This document shows, piece by piece, positions 24,822 to 36,886 of a DNA stretch of 64,000 nt. This stretch comes from Rhodosorus marinus CCMP1338 (lineage: Eukaryota; Plantae; Rhodophyta). A program made the position numbers and the translations under genes. How positions within the stretch are numbered: the first letter of the stretch is position 1; each line of letters begins with the position of its first letter. Under the pieces are notes generated by a model. It saw only the letters and a program-made list of their open reading frames with translations, did no database searches and had not been told where the DNA came from. Location: assembly GCA_029953675.1 (NCBI GenBank), contig JAMWBK010000001.1:372001-436000 (forward strand), read 5' to 3'.

Positions 24822-25458
24822 TCCTATAAATTAAAATACTACCGAACTATGCAAAATGGACAATCTGAATACCTGCAGAAACCAGCCTCGTCTTCAGCAC
24901 TTCAATGCGCGTTCCCAAACCCATCCCCACCTACCGCGGCGAAACCCACACTACCAGCTCAGCCAAACCCACGACAAGCTTTCAATTCCAAGCGAATCCA
25001 TGCACTCACGTTGAATGGAAACCACAGTGAGATTGATCCAGTGCATCCGCCACTGAAGCCTCCCCCCCCCCTCTCCTACCGTCCACTCTGTCACCGCGTC
25101 TGTAAACTCTATCATTACTCAGCTCAATTACCCGCTCCATAAAATCCCCTCATCGATCCAAAAAAAAAAAGCCACTTCTTGATTTTCGGCAATCAAGTTC
25201 ACTACCCCTTAGAAGCAATCAAGATCCTGAAAACAGTACATTTTTGAGTTATCATAGAACCTTCTAAGATAAATGCTCGTCAGCAATTCCCCCCTCTTCG
25301 TTATTCGATAGTGTTAATTCTCTGCTCATTGGGTCTTCGTCGTGACCGTTCGGGCGGATTCTTGCCCTTAATGATTTGTAAATGAGAATTGTGGAAATGA
25401 AAGAATTCACATTCATATTTTCTGCTCTGATGATGGGTCACTTTTAGGGGAATAATCT

Positions 25459-25599
25459 TGTGAGAGTGTCTGAGTCTTTTTCTAGTGGAACCCTACACAG
25501 CCCTTTTTGTGTGAGTGCCCTTTTTCTAGTGGAACCCTACACAGCCCTTGTTGTGTGAGTGCCTGAGTCTTTTTCTAGTGGAACCCTACAGCCCTTTTT
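25459..25599 (+). repeat. Three-copy minisatellite, about 45-bp unit
   Basis: Core TTTTTCTAGTGGAACCCTAC(AC)AGCCCTT near 25477, 25521 and 25570, separated by related TGTGAGTG(CCTGAGTC) linkers. Confidence 0.9.
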
Positions 25600-26413
25600 G
25601 GAGGTCGGGCGGCGTTGTGGTATGTTGGACGAGGGGTTTTCAGAAGTTTGGCTTACTTAAGAGGGAGGCATTGGCTATGTTTTCGTATCCAACGAGGAGA
25701 ATTTGGCTGCTTGTCCCAACCCAAAAAAGCGGACGTAGAATAGAAAAGAAATGGAGTCTGAGATCGGGAGCCAAAATGTTTTGTCCAGCTGATTCGAATC
25801 AGGACCTTACGACTCAACTAGACGCATGATTTCGCTCTGGTTCCTCTTCTACTCCACTCCCTAGCGTTTCTCAGAACGGGTTGTCCTCGAAAGCATAGAG
25901 GCAGGCAAATTCTGCACAAAACCACCAAAATCACGGAAGGTAGCTATCTGGTAATCATTGCTGCAAGTGTAGATTATCCAGGTAGTGGTCCGATCCTGAG
26001 CAGAACTAAAACTTTGGCATCGTACTCAGTCTCCGGGACCCCATCCCTTGCAAACCACCACAGGCCAAAATCGAAAAAACAAAAAAACCAACTCCAGCCC
26101 GAGACCAAACCTCGATCCAGCAACCCCAGCTCACTGCCGATCAACCAAACACACACACAAACACAGTAGCAAAAAAAAACAACTGACGGATCATCACACA
26201 CTGATCAAGTCTCCCAAAGCAGCCAGCGCACTCATCATCCCCTTCCCCAAATTCACATCTCACCACTTCTCCTCACCCTCCCCTCTCTAAAACTTTGAAA
26301 AAACCATATACATGATATTTCAATCCATCCATCAATATTTCTTTTTTATTCATCTATCCAACATGTAAAAAACAACCCAATACATATAGGCTTAGCCAAT
26401 CAAAAACCCCATT

Positions 26414-26443
26414 GGACAGTCTGTCGAATATGACAGACTGTCC
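26414..26443. repeat. Perfect 12-bp inverted repeat, 6-nt loop
   Basis: GGACAGTCTGTC-GAATAT-GACAGACTGTCC. Confidence 0.9.
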
Positions 26444-27478
26444 TTGTCTGGTGCTGGTTACCTTCGAGAGATGAGGTCGAGAAGGTTACGAAGAGGATTT
26501 GCTCTTAAAGAGATGTTTTCTTAGATTGGCATTCTTCTTTTGCGTTCTTTGAGGACTAACGGTCTGAGTGAAGGTTTCTTCTTGGAAATGCAAAGCAAGG
26601 GTACTGATCAATCAGAGGATGATGGTCCAGGTGACGAACTAGATCTTTAGTTTTTGCTGGAGAGACGCTTTTGCTAGTGTAGGTTTTGTTTTGGTGTTTT
26701 TTTGGAGGGTTTGTGTTGTTTTTTTTGGTTGTGGACAGGACGAGGGCCCAGTTGTTCACCTGAGTTGAGCGCGGTGCTGTTGGTTTTTCTTTTGCGGGGA
26801 GGGTGGGAGGATGGGTGAAAGGTAGTAGGGTAAGGAGGTGCGAGAGTACAGGCGTTTTCTTTTTTTGGGAGGGAGGGGGGGAGGGAATCGTTGGATTGTT
26901 TTTGTTGGGGAGCAGCCTTTAGAGTTTGACTGTCTGTACTTTCTGGGAGCGGTACTGGGAGGGAGCTTGGTGGCTGCGGATTTGTTTTCCTCGGGTTGGC
27001 GCAGGGTGAATCTTGAGGACGGGGGCGGTGGGCGAGTGCCGATTCGTTTTATTCATTTTGGATGTCCTGATAGCGATTTTATGTGGGCTTCTTTCCGAGG
27101 AGGGGCTTGCTGATAGCGGGTGTACAGTGAGGGGAGTTTGATTCTGGACGGGTTTGCTCGGCTTTGTTGTTTTTGGTTTTTGGGGGAGTGGCGGGTGGGA
27201 AGGAAAATTAGATTCGCTGCGCTAGAAGAGGTTTGTCATTCGTTAGGAAAGGCTAAGGATCAACGTTTTGTCTTTTTTTGCGGGTTGGTTTGTCTGGGTT
27301 TCGTGACTGTGTTGTTGGGTGTTTGCTGTCGATTTTGGATCTCGGGAGTTCCGTTCATATTGATTGTACAGTGCGCCAGTATTTGCAGACCTTGGTTGGA
27401 GGGAGAAGCTTTGCCATCTGCTTGGCAGTGAACAAGGGGTCGTCGGGCTTCGGCTGCAGATCGAGGGGAAAGGGAGAA

Positions 27479-29362
27479 ATGGAGTCCGAATTCGAGACGC
27501 TTTATGAGACCTTTTCTACTCAGGTTCGCGTTCTACAACAGATTCGAGCGGAGTGCCTGAATAGCATGGCCAATCTTCAGCGTGCATATCAGAGTTTTGC
27601 ATCATTCGCTGGAAGCATGCAGAAGGGTATTGCTGCGGTCTCAACGGACAGTATCGAGACTGCGCTTCAAGCCTCCTCAGTGGTTTTCAGAGAGCAGGTG
27701 AGCGTCTTATCTCTTGCCACCATGGTCAAGCAGATTTCGGAAGATGGAGAACTATGACCGCTCATTCAAGAATGTCCTATGTTCCGCTCTTCAGGAGGCA
27801 ATGATCAGTGACACTTATGCTTCAGCTGAGGGGTTAGCAAGGACAAGCATTCTGAGCCCGATCGAGGAGGAATTATTGCGGGCACGAGACGCAATCTTTC
27901 GAATGGACACACGAAGACGAATGGTGCAAGAAATTGAAACTTTGCGGCCGCAAGCACAGGCTTTACCTCAAGTACAGCAGTATCTCCAAGACAAACGCAC
28001 TGAGTACGATGCTACGACGAAAGGACTCATCGATACATTGAGTTCATCCATCCCAAGACAAAGAAACCTCCTTCCCGGCCTTGTTGCAGCGCTGGTTGAA
28101 TTGCAAGCTGGTGTTTTCAACAGCTCGCTGTCTCATATTCAGAATGTAAGCCAATTGTTTCCAGATGAAGAACAAACGAAGCTTGCCCCTAAGAAGTACC
28201 TGTTTTATGTTCCAGGCCAAGGACGCTATTGGTCCCAATACCTTTGATGAACTGAAAAGTCAGCCGGTATCTCCGAGTGATGCTGACCACGAGAACCACA
28301 CGACAGAGGCGGGGATAGTTGCTCCAGATGCTACAGAGCTGAACTCTCTTGGAGACGATTTCGATCTTGGAGGGTTGCAAGGTGCTCTACCTGAAGGTAT
28401 GAGAGGGAAAATTAATTTCAAGCTGCATCTTATATCGCAGGGGATTTGCTGACATTTGAGTGGATACACAGACCCCCCGGAGCTTAATGAAGAACTAAGA
28501 CGACGAGAGGAGCTCAGAAGGGAAAGCGAGAGAGAGCTGAAAGTTCGGGCCGATAGCAAATTAGCTGAGGTCAAGGAGCGACAAGATGCAGAGAGCAGAG
28601 AGCAGGAAGAGGTTAGCGAAGCGAAGAAGCTACTGGAGCAGAAGATTTTAACATGGACCCAGAACGACCAGTTCAGAGGAAGCATGATCCCTCTGCTCAC
28701 CGGGCTCGAGAAGATCATTCCAGAGGATTGGAACTGGAAAGGAGTCTCAAAGGAGACCCTCCAGAATCCGAACAAAGTTAAACTTCACTACAACAAGGCT
28801 GTAAGTGATTTGCGGTTCCAAGACCCCTCTTTCGTTGCCGCCCACAACTGCAATTAGTTTACTAATCTGGTTTCTCCGTGCTCCGTAGATACTTGTCGTC
28901 CACCCAGACAAATTGCTTGGGCGTGACCCAGAGAGCAAGGCGCTTGGAGAGCTTATTTTCGATGAGCTTCAGAATGCTTGGAAGGTTTTCACAGCCCTAC
29001 AGGAGGGTCAGCAACCTCCTCCAGGATCCGTTGGGCCAAAGCAACCCAACTTTGGAGAACATGCTCAATCCTCGAGTATGGGAATGAGCGCACAGGGGAT
29101 GAACTATAATAATGCGGGCTACATGGGGAGCATGGGCCAAATGAATTCGATGGGCTACAACATGGGTTTTGGCAACATGGGGTACGGTGTGGCGACGGGC
29201 GGAATGAACGCAATGAATGTGCCGCAGTACAACAATATGGGCTATGGGATGGGAATGGGAGGTTACCAGCAAGTGAACAATCAGATGAACCGTGGTTCAA
29301 TGAACAACATGGGTCAGCCTCAATCGGGAAACCAAGGTGGGAACTGGGGCAACAGACAGTAG
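27479..29362 (+). CDS. Auxilin-like J-domain protein with N-terminal BAR-like helical domain and G/M/N/Q-rich tail (multi-exon)
   Basis: C-terminal auxilin-type J domain WKGVSKETLQNPNKVKLHYNKAV|LVVHPDK...ELIFDELQNAWKVF. The N-terminal ~250 aa are amphipathic helices with a BAR-like pattern (ILSPIEEEL...KRTEYDATTKGLIDTL). Confidence 0.75.
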
Positions 29363-29641
29363 CAATGGATAATCTCTTGCTGTCCATGTTTAATTTGATT
29401 AACTTGCAAACGAGCTGTATTTTTTGGTAGTGAATTATAAACCTTGTCGTACAAACTTCTCGGTTAGTTGTGCAGAGTTCCTATGGTCTGGCTCAAGCGC
29501 AGCGGCGCGTAGAGTGACGTTGGTGGATAGGGTCCTTGACCTTGCTTGCCTTGCGCTTTCGGGTAGACTCAACTTCCTGAACGTGAGGACGTATTAGATT
29601 AGTGCGGGCTTGGACCGGGGTAGCTCTGCAGTCTAAGAGTA

Positions 29642-31127
29642 TCAAACCTGACTGCACAGGACGTTTTCCAGGAACTTTTGCTCTTTGTCATCGGGGTTGG
29701 GGACTTTCTTGTCTGTGGTTGTTTCCTCGGTGGTTGTCTTTGGCCGTGCTTTGCGACGAAGCCTCAGTGTACTCTCGCGTCCAATCGTAAGGTTCGAGAG
29801 GTGGGACTGTACATCCCCTGGTGGGTTTTTTGCAATCGCTGTGTGGGGAGATGCACCTAGGTCGGGATGGATCATCGTGAGCTGGTGGAAGAATGTGTTG
29901 GTCTTATTTCTCCCGTACCTGCAGAAGCTTGCGGGTTTGGGGTAATGTTCTTGAAAACATCTTTGTTCTTGACGTGAATCTTAATTGCGTGGTAGGGAGA
30001 AGCAATATCGCCAATCTCTTTCCCAAGCTCGAGCTCAGAGAACCAAGACGGGCTGCTGTCGAGATCGTCACTCTGAGTACCCTTCCTGGTTAGCACTTTG
30101 AACGTGGATTTGTAAAAGCGTAAGTGGGCGTTCGATTCCTCACTTGGAAGAACTTAGGCTCGTAGTCCTCTGGAGTAACCTCGTCCCTATATAGCAACTG
30201 AGGATAGGTTGCCAAACTTGCTTGTTACCGGGATGCGACCACAGAAAATTATGGTTTTGCGATGATACCTTGATTGAGACCATTCGATCGTCAGGTAGTG
30301 CTTGCAGATCATTGGCGTAGTTGATCAGGTTTTGAAGTATTTGGGTTCTAGCACGGGCGGAAACAATTGCGGGATGAGCCAATATGCACTGGTAACCACG
30401 AGAGTTCGCAGATACGCTGTACGTTGATTCTTTCAGCTGCTGTCTGCTTGATGTTGGTGCAGATCCTGTAGACCCGAGCCGCGGTTGTCCCCCAGCAACG
30501 TTCTTGTTTTGCGACATCGCCAGTTCCGGCATGTCATTGGGGTAAGAGACAGAGAAAATGTACTGCTCAAGAAGTTGGGAAGGGTCGCTGATCAAAGACC
30601 CGCTGACGCTTTTTGGGGCCCCGTCAAAGATCTCAAGCAGTATGCTCTCGAGATACTTCTTTTCCAGCGCATCAAAGACCTGTACAAAACGAATGTAAGA
30701 TATGCTGATGCAAAATGAACCAACCGCTTGAGGTACATTACTCCCTGCTCTAGCCATTTGATGAGGAGCTTTGCCTCCCCGTTGTCGGATCCAGTCAGCT
30801 TTTGGAGCTTCATACCCCCGACTAAGACGAAACGTGTTAGTCTGAGCAAAGGATGAACTGGGCTCAAGAAATTCTCCCGACTTACTGTGCTGTTCCGTGA
30901 AGCAATCATCAGGAAAGAGATTTCGAATATACGCAATGGAGGATATAGACGTCCGGACAAGATTCTTTGTCAGTGTCAAGCTCTGTTCTATATTAACTGT
31001 CTCAGACGCCTGCTTCTGCTGATTCCTGGTCTGCGAAGCCCTATGAACTTGTATTTGAACCTTTCGAACGGGAAAAGCTCAGATCGAAACCTTTTCTGTC
31101 GCACCAGGAACAGAAAACGTTTACCAT
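29642..31127 (-). CDS. HOP1: HORMA-domain meiotic axis protein HOP1/ASY1/HORMAD (multi-exon; 3' end approximate)
   Basis: [101 protein letters not shown]. Confidence 0.88.
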
Positions 31128-32098
31128 GGTCTCCTTATTTTCACTTGAGTTGTTTTCTTTAAAAACAAGTATGTAGTTGCAGGTCCTTAAAAAAGCGATA
31201 GGCGACTACACGCTAGGAAAGCTCCACCTCAAGTCTCTCGGCGGCTAAGAACCTTGTCGACTTGATACGGCGAGACTCAATTCCACTAAACAAAGGGATC
31301 CTAACACTGTCTACACGCAGAAGGTCCCCTTCTACTTAGTCCTCCCCCTTCCCCACCCTCCCGAATTCCCGCGCCATTTTCAACTCCAATTAACATCTCA
31401 TTTTCCAACCTTCAAGAAGCCAATTAATTGTCCATCACAATAACATCAGCTAGTAACATTTGCACAAAAACTTGGCCCTCGTTTTTTTCCCCAATTTTCA
31501 TACTTACGAGATCTCCCGGAACATTCATAATTTCAATAATTTTCAAACAATCTACTTTTACGAAAAACAATTGGATGGCGTTGTGATTTTATTGCTTTTT
31601 TTAAGCGTATACGTTAAGTTTTAGCACTATTCGATTTTAGAACGGAAAATTTTGTGGCCAACTAAAATCTTGATCTTTTTGAGAATGCCTTGTAGCATTG
31701 GGCAATGAATTTTTTTTCGGGGTTTCACGTCCTGATTGGGGACTCCCTGGATAGTTTTTGTGTTGTGGGCGGAAGGACTTTAGTGCTGCAAATGCGACGA
31801 GCCCATTTGACGCGGACAAACAGTTTGAGTGCTCACGGGGATAGGATAGCCGTTAGGACTCATGGTTGAGTTAGATGCTTGCTGGTCGCAGGGTGATATT
31901 TTCGATGATCCCATAATTAGATATGGGGCTCTGAGACATTTGCTGGGGAAAGAGGCGCATGATAATTACAACTTTTTATTATACAGTATTACACTAGTTC
32001 GGAAAAGCATTTCATTGTTGATCGCGAACTCAGAACAAACTTAGATAGTGCAGCTCGTTTGGCGTCATGAAGTCAGTTAGCATGTTTGAACGTCATTC

Positions 32099-32935
32099 TC
32101 AAGATTCCATTGGCCTCGAGCTTCTCTGTTCATAATTCTTCGCCAGCAACGCAACGTTCAGAATCAAGGCAGCGCATGCGGAAACAGTGTACGGTATGAA
32201 GAATTTGGCTATTGATGGCACCTCGAACAAGCAATATACTACAATCGAGATCATACAGAAGATCTGCATTCCAAGAACCGTGATACCACCTAGCAGATCG
32301 TGTTGCACAAACACAACTTGATTCCACATGTTCCCAAAGACGTACGTCATCACCCCAAGCATTACTGGCATGCTCATCGAGTTGTGCTCCAAGCTTTCCC
32401 ACAGAAGGCTGTGACCAATGGCACGAACGAACTTTACTGGAATCCATACCAACGGGAAGAAATATCCCTTTGGAAACCAAGCAGGGCGCTTCAGCTGTGA
32501 GTACCAATCCTCACCAAGCGGCCTAAAAGCTTTCGTTAGCTGTATTCTTTTCTTCCAAAGACTCGGCAGATGAAGCAAAAACTGAGCTCCATACCCGAAC
32601 AGTACCCATAGGACAAATGATGTGTTGCTCCAATATTTCTCGGACTGCTTGTCAAGGAAAAGCGACGGTCTGAAATCCACCACCGGTTGCAACAACGCAC
32701 TACTACCAAAGGACTCCTCCACTACCAAGGACAGAGGAGTTAGCGCAAATCTCTGAACCAACTGCAGGCCCAATGTAGTCAGCATCAACAGCGATACCTC
32801 AGCCAGAGTGTGCGGTAAAACATGTCTCAAGTAGTCAACCTGCATGTCTAGTCTGTAGGGAACTCCGCCTCCCGTTTCAGACAGACTTCCCTCCCGAGCG
32901 ACCTTAACCCCCGCCCGCGTACTCACCCTCAGCAC
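32099..32935 (-). CDS. TSPO: TspO/MBR-family membrane protein with long N-terminal extension (true start uncertain)
   Basis: DWYSQLKRPAWFPKGYFFPLVW followed by TspO-like TM helices (GNMWNQVVF...LLGG). Confidence 0.8.
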   Translation of the reverse strand: MLRVSTRAGVKVAREGSLSETGGGVPYRLDMQVDYLRHVLPHTLAEVSLLMLTTLGLQLVQRFALTPLSLVVEESFGSSALLQPVVDFRPSLFLDKQSEKYWSNTSFVLWVLFGYGAQFLLHLPSLWKKRIQLTKAFRPLGEDWYSQLKRPAWFPKGYFFPLVWIPVKFVRAIGHSLLWESLEHNSMSMPVMLGVMTYVFGNMWNQVVFVQHDLLGGITVLGMQIFCMISIVVYCLFEVPSIAKFFIPYTVSACAALILNVALLAKNYEQRSSRPMES

Positions 32936-34708
32936 ACCTATCTAAAATGTCGCGGATCTAAAAACTGTTTCATCGAGCAACACCACATCACGGCTCACGA
33001 TCACCCCGACTATCGCAACCCATAAACATCCGCTTTGATCAAAACATTCACAAACTTGCAAATCTACTCCTACAGCCCAGCTTGTCGGAAAAAAAACTTA
33101 CCAAACTCTCGAAGACCACCACCAAACGCTTCCCCCCCCCCTCTCTCAGATTTACCCGCAGTCTCCGACTTCCTCGGAACAATAGTTTTCCCACTCCAAA
33201 CCCCAGTCAGTTGTCACCCGCAGCACGTCTCTGTCTTCATATACGCCGCCAGCCTCGTCTCCCAATCTGTGCATTATTTCTATCTGTCACCGCGACCTAA
33301 ATTGTCTCCCCCACCCCACCCCCCCAAAAAAAAAATCCGACATGCCCTACTCACCATCCAGATAAGAAACAATGCCTCATTTCTCATGTTGAAAAATTTT
33401 TCGCCGATTCTCCTTTTTTCCTATATAATAAGTTTCCCTTTTTTTAAAACATTCATTACGCCTTCAAATAGGGACAAGTGTCCTTTCCAAGTAAGGAAAC
33501 AATTGAATTTTCTAACCTTTTACCAATGGAACACCACGAAACCGAGGACCAAATTTCCAATCTTCGGGATACTCGTACATCGACTTGTATTGAATATTGA
33601 AAATAATTGCTCACCATTCTATTCTCATTTCGAGGCGAGGAATGAATCCTGATTCAACCAAAATAGTACGTATTGACTGAATAACGAATAAATGTATGAA
33701 AATATTGATGATTGGAGACCGACTCCCGTGGCGTGGCGGGGACCGGTGGAGCATTGTTTTTTGGAAGAACGGTTGAAATGCTTCGTTTCCGTTGTTTTTT
33801 ATTGGTGAAGAGACGAAGAGAATTGAATGTGGAGGTCAATCAACGGAGGATATTTCTCTAAAATATCCAATGAATATCTGTTTTTCAATGATACTTTTTG
33901 ATAATATCCAATTATCTGTGAGATATTTTAATGAGCTGGATTTTTCCACCCTGAAATTATTTTTTGTGGATGGCGGTCCCCCGTCACCACGTCCAGCTCC
34001 CCTTGGTATCGGATCCGCCTTCTAGCGAGCGTCGGATGTTTTTTCGCCCTGAGAAGTTCTACATTGCCCGTAAGTCATCCGATATAGTCCTGGAGTTGGT
34101 CATGCGTCTCCCAATCGATACCAGTGGCACCAGCTTCCAGATGGCTTGTCTAGAACAACTGAACAATTGTATTCTGGACTAAACTGGTAATCGTTGTTGG
34201 CTCGCGGTGTTATGCATTTTGGTGTAGCCGACGAAGACCTGAAGATTACCAGTGGACAACCTATAGTGCGCGATGATCTTGGCAGTGATCGTCATTGTCG
34301 AATCCAGGCTTCATAAAACAACCTTCAGCAGTGGCTAGCTTTGCAGAGAGAATGTTTTCTAAGCTGACCCATCTGCAACATCCGCCCTATTTCCGCAAGT
34401 TTCGTTTTAGTCCAACTTCCATATATAATCATACATTTAAAAAACAGGTCAAGCGAGCAGGACAGCCAATGGGTAAAAAAACATTCCGACCGTGGATGCG
34501 AAGAAATAAAGGGTCAAGGGGCAACCGGGCTGGACCAGTGGAGAATTGTCGACAGCAACCAAATTACCCGTAAATGCGATTGGTTCACCAAACATTTTGC
34601 GGAGAGCTCGGGAACCTGATCTATTGGCTTCGACATTGACAGACGCCGGAGCAAGATCCCACCACTCTCCTGATATTATATTCATGAGCCTGCGCCCGTC
34701 TGAAGCAT

Positions 34709-36886
34709 TCAAGTCTTCTGCGCCTCCAAGGCATGAAGCTCTTCCAAGGTTGCCGTAGTATGCTTTTCGTCCAGTGGAGCTATTTCCATTTCCACGCCAT
34801 CCGCATCAAGCGGCAATACTGGGTAGTTGGCTGAGAAACATCCGAAACAGTATGTCGCGGCTTCTGCACCCAAAAAGTCCTGTCCGGCAAGCCCACGTGC
34901 CAATTTGCTCAGAAACCCGGTAAGGAAACGCGCTCCCGTTGCATCGAGGGGATAGAGTCGGGCATGTATTTGAGCTTCTGATGACTAACCTGCAAACGGT
35001 TAAGTGGCAAATAGGCCAAGCTGTCCGCTCCGATGTAGTCGCGTGTCTCTTCAACAGTCTGTTTAAAGGATATTAGTTCACCCCTGTCGGGTGTATCGAC
35101 TCCGTAGTAGCAGGAACCAATAATAGGTGGACAGGCAATCCGCACGTGGATCTGTGACAAGTAGAAATTTCAGACGAGCCCTGCGCGTGAGGCAAACACC
35201 CGATTGACAAGCTAAAGCTGCCTTCCAGACTCTGTAGGAATATCTCTTACCTCTCGTGCACCACATTCACGAAGCATCCTCACGATTTTCCGACTTGTTG
35301 TTCCTCGCACGATGGAGTCATCCACGACTACTAAACTCTTCCCTTCTATTAGCTCTCGGACTGGTGACAGCTTCAACTTGACACCAATGTCGCGGATCGA
35401 TTGGGTGGGCTGTATAAACGTACGCCCTGGAAAAGAGCACACGGGAGTTGGGGTTTATGCCACGCCTGAAATTCTTTTCAGGAGATACATAGAAGAGGAT
35501 CACCCAAACCTACCAACATAACTGCTCCTCATAATCGCCATCTGGAATGGTATCCCAGAAGCCTGCGCATAACCTAGAGCTGAGGGTATTCCCGATTCTG
35601 GAACTGGAACAACAATGTCAGCGTCAACCTGTCATAATCCCAGGAATGGTTAGTACGCTCACAAGCACTTCCAAACGCGTTCCATTTTTGATCGCTTACC
35701 TGGCTAACACCTGCCAAGATTTCACCAAAGCGATAGCGGCTCATATACACACTCCTGCCGAAAACAGCGGAGGAGGGTCTGGAAAAATAAATGTGTTCAA
35801 AAACACACGCTCGACGTCGCTGGCGCGGAAAGGGACTGCTGCTCTGTGTTCCGTCGGAATTAACTACGACCATTTCACCCGGCTCTACCTCACGCACATA
35901 CTCAGCGCCGATAATATCGAAAGCGCTGGTCTCGGAAGCAAAAACTACGCCGGTGCCCAGGCGGCCCATTACGAGGGGTCGGAAGCCGAATGGATCTCGA
36001 ACCGCAACGAGCCGATCTTTCACGAGCACAAGAATAGAAAAGGCCCCCTCCACTCGGTTCAATGCATCCGCGACTCGCCTTTGGAGTCCGAACGCCTGTG
36101 ATGACCGACTAGCATGCACAGATCCTGCCATGAGGTGCAGCACGACTTCTGTATCCGAAGACGTTGTGAAGATCGATCCTCGAAGCTCTAACTCGCTTCG
36201 TAGGACCGCTGCGTTGGTTAGGTTGCCGTTGTGTGCAATCGACACCTATTGCAACGAAAGTAGCCTCAGCACACTTCTCTTCATTAAGGAAACCGCGACC
36301 AAGCTTAGGAATGCATATCTGTTTTTGGATGCGCACCTGTCCCTCTCTGAAGTCCACAGTGAACGGCTGAACGTTCTTGACATTTTTTCCACCGGCAGTC
36401 GAGTACCTACTCATACACATTTGTTTAAAGGATTACGAAGAGTGGCAAATCGCGTCAGGACGGCGGCCCAAGTTGCTTTCGGCCTCCCGTCACGAAGGAA
36501 GACGAGTACCTATTATGTGCAATAGCGCTTGAGCCAGGCAAAGACTGCAGGAGATTCTCATTGAACACCTCTGACACCAGTCCAAGCCCCTTTTCTTCCT
36601 TTAAATACTCCCCATCCGAAGCCACGATACCCGCTCCTTCTTGTCCTCGATGCTGAAGAGCATGAATCCCATAGTAACAAGCTCGCGCGGCGTCTGGCAC
36701 TCCCCATGCACCGAAGACTCCGCACTCTTCCTTCAATTTATCATCATCTGGGTTCACAACCTCCGTTTCCAGCCTCGTTGGTCCGTTGTCGTCTCCAGCT
36801 GAACAAGACACGCGGGCTCTACCGCAGGTCGACGTCCTAATCCTAGACCCGTTGGGACCTAGAACGACTAAAAATCCTAATGTCAT
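34709..36886 (-). CDS. purF: Amidophosphoribosyltransferase, plastid-targeted, multi-exon
   Basis: [73 protein letters not shown]...CYYGVDTP. Confidence 0.97.

Noticed and set aside
25459-25599. CRISPR-like array
   Set aside because: The linkers are short and related to each other rather than unique spacers, no cas genes are present, and the context is eukaryotic. Treated as a minisatellite.
25900-25990. U1 snRNA-like 5' end (ACTACCTGG) on the minus strand
   Set aside because: It lacks a base of ACTTACCTGG, and the U1-70K and U1A loop motifs are not identifiable.
30085-30146. tRNA-like fragment (TGGTTAGCAC...GTTCGATTCC)
   Set aside because: The T-stem does not pair, there is no acceptor stem, and it lies antisense to a HOP1 intron.
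33035-33652. 205-aa plus-strand ORF
   Set aside because: It is low-complexity C/A-rich and AT-island sequence upstream of TSPO, with no domain; likely spurious.
33727-33991. MITE-like element (imperfect GC-rich inverted ends around an AT core)
   Set aside because: The ends match only loosely, there is no target-site duplication, and there is no second copy in the window.
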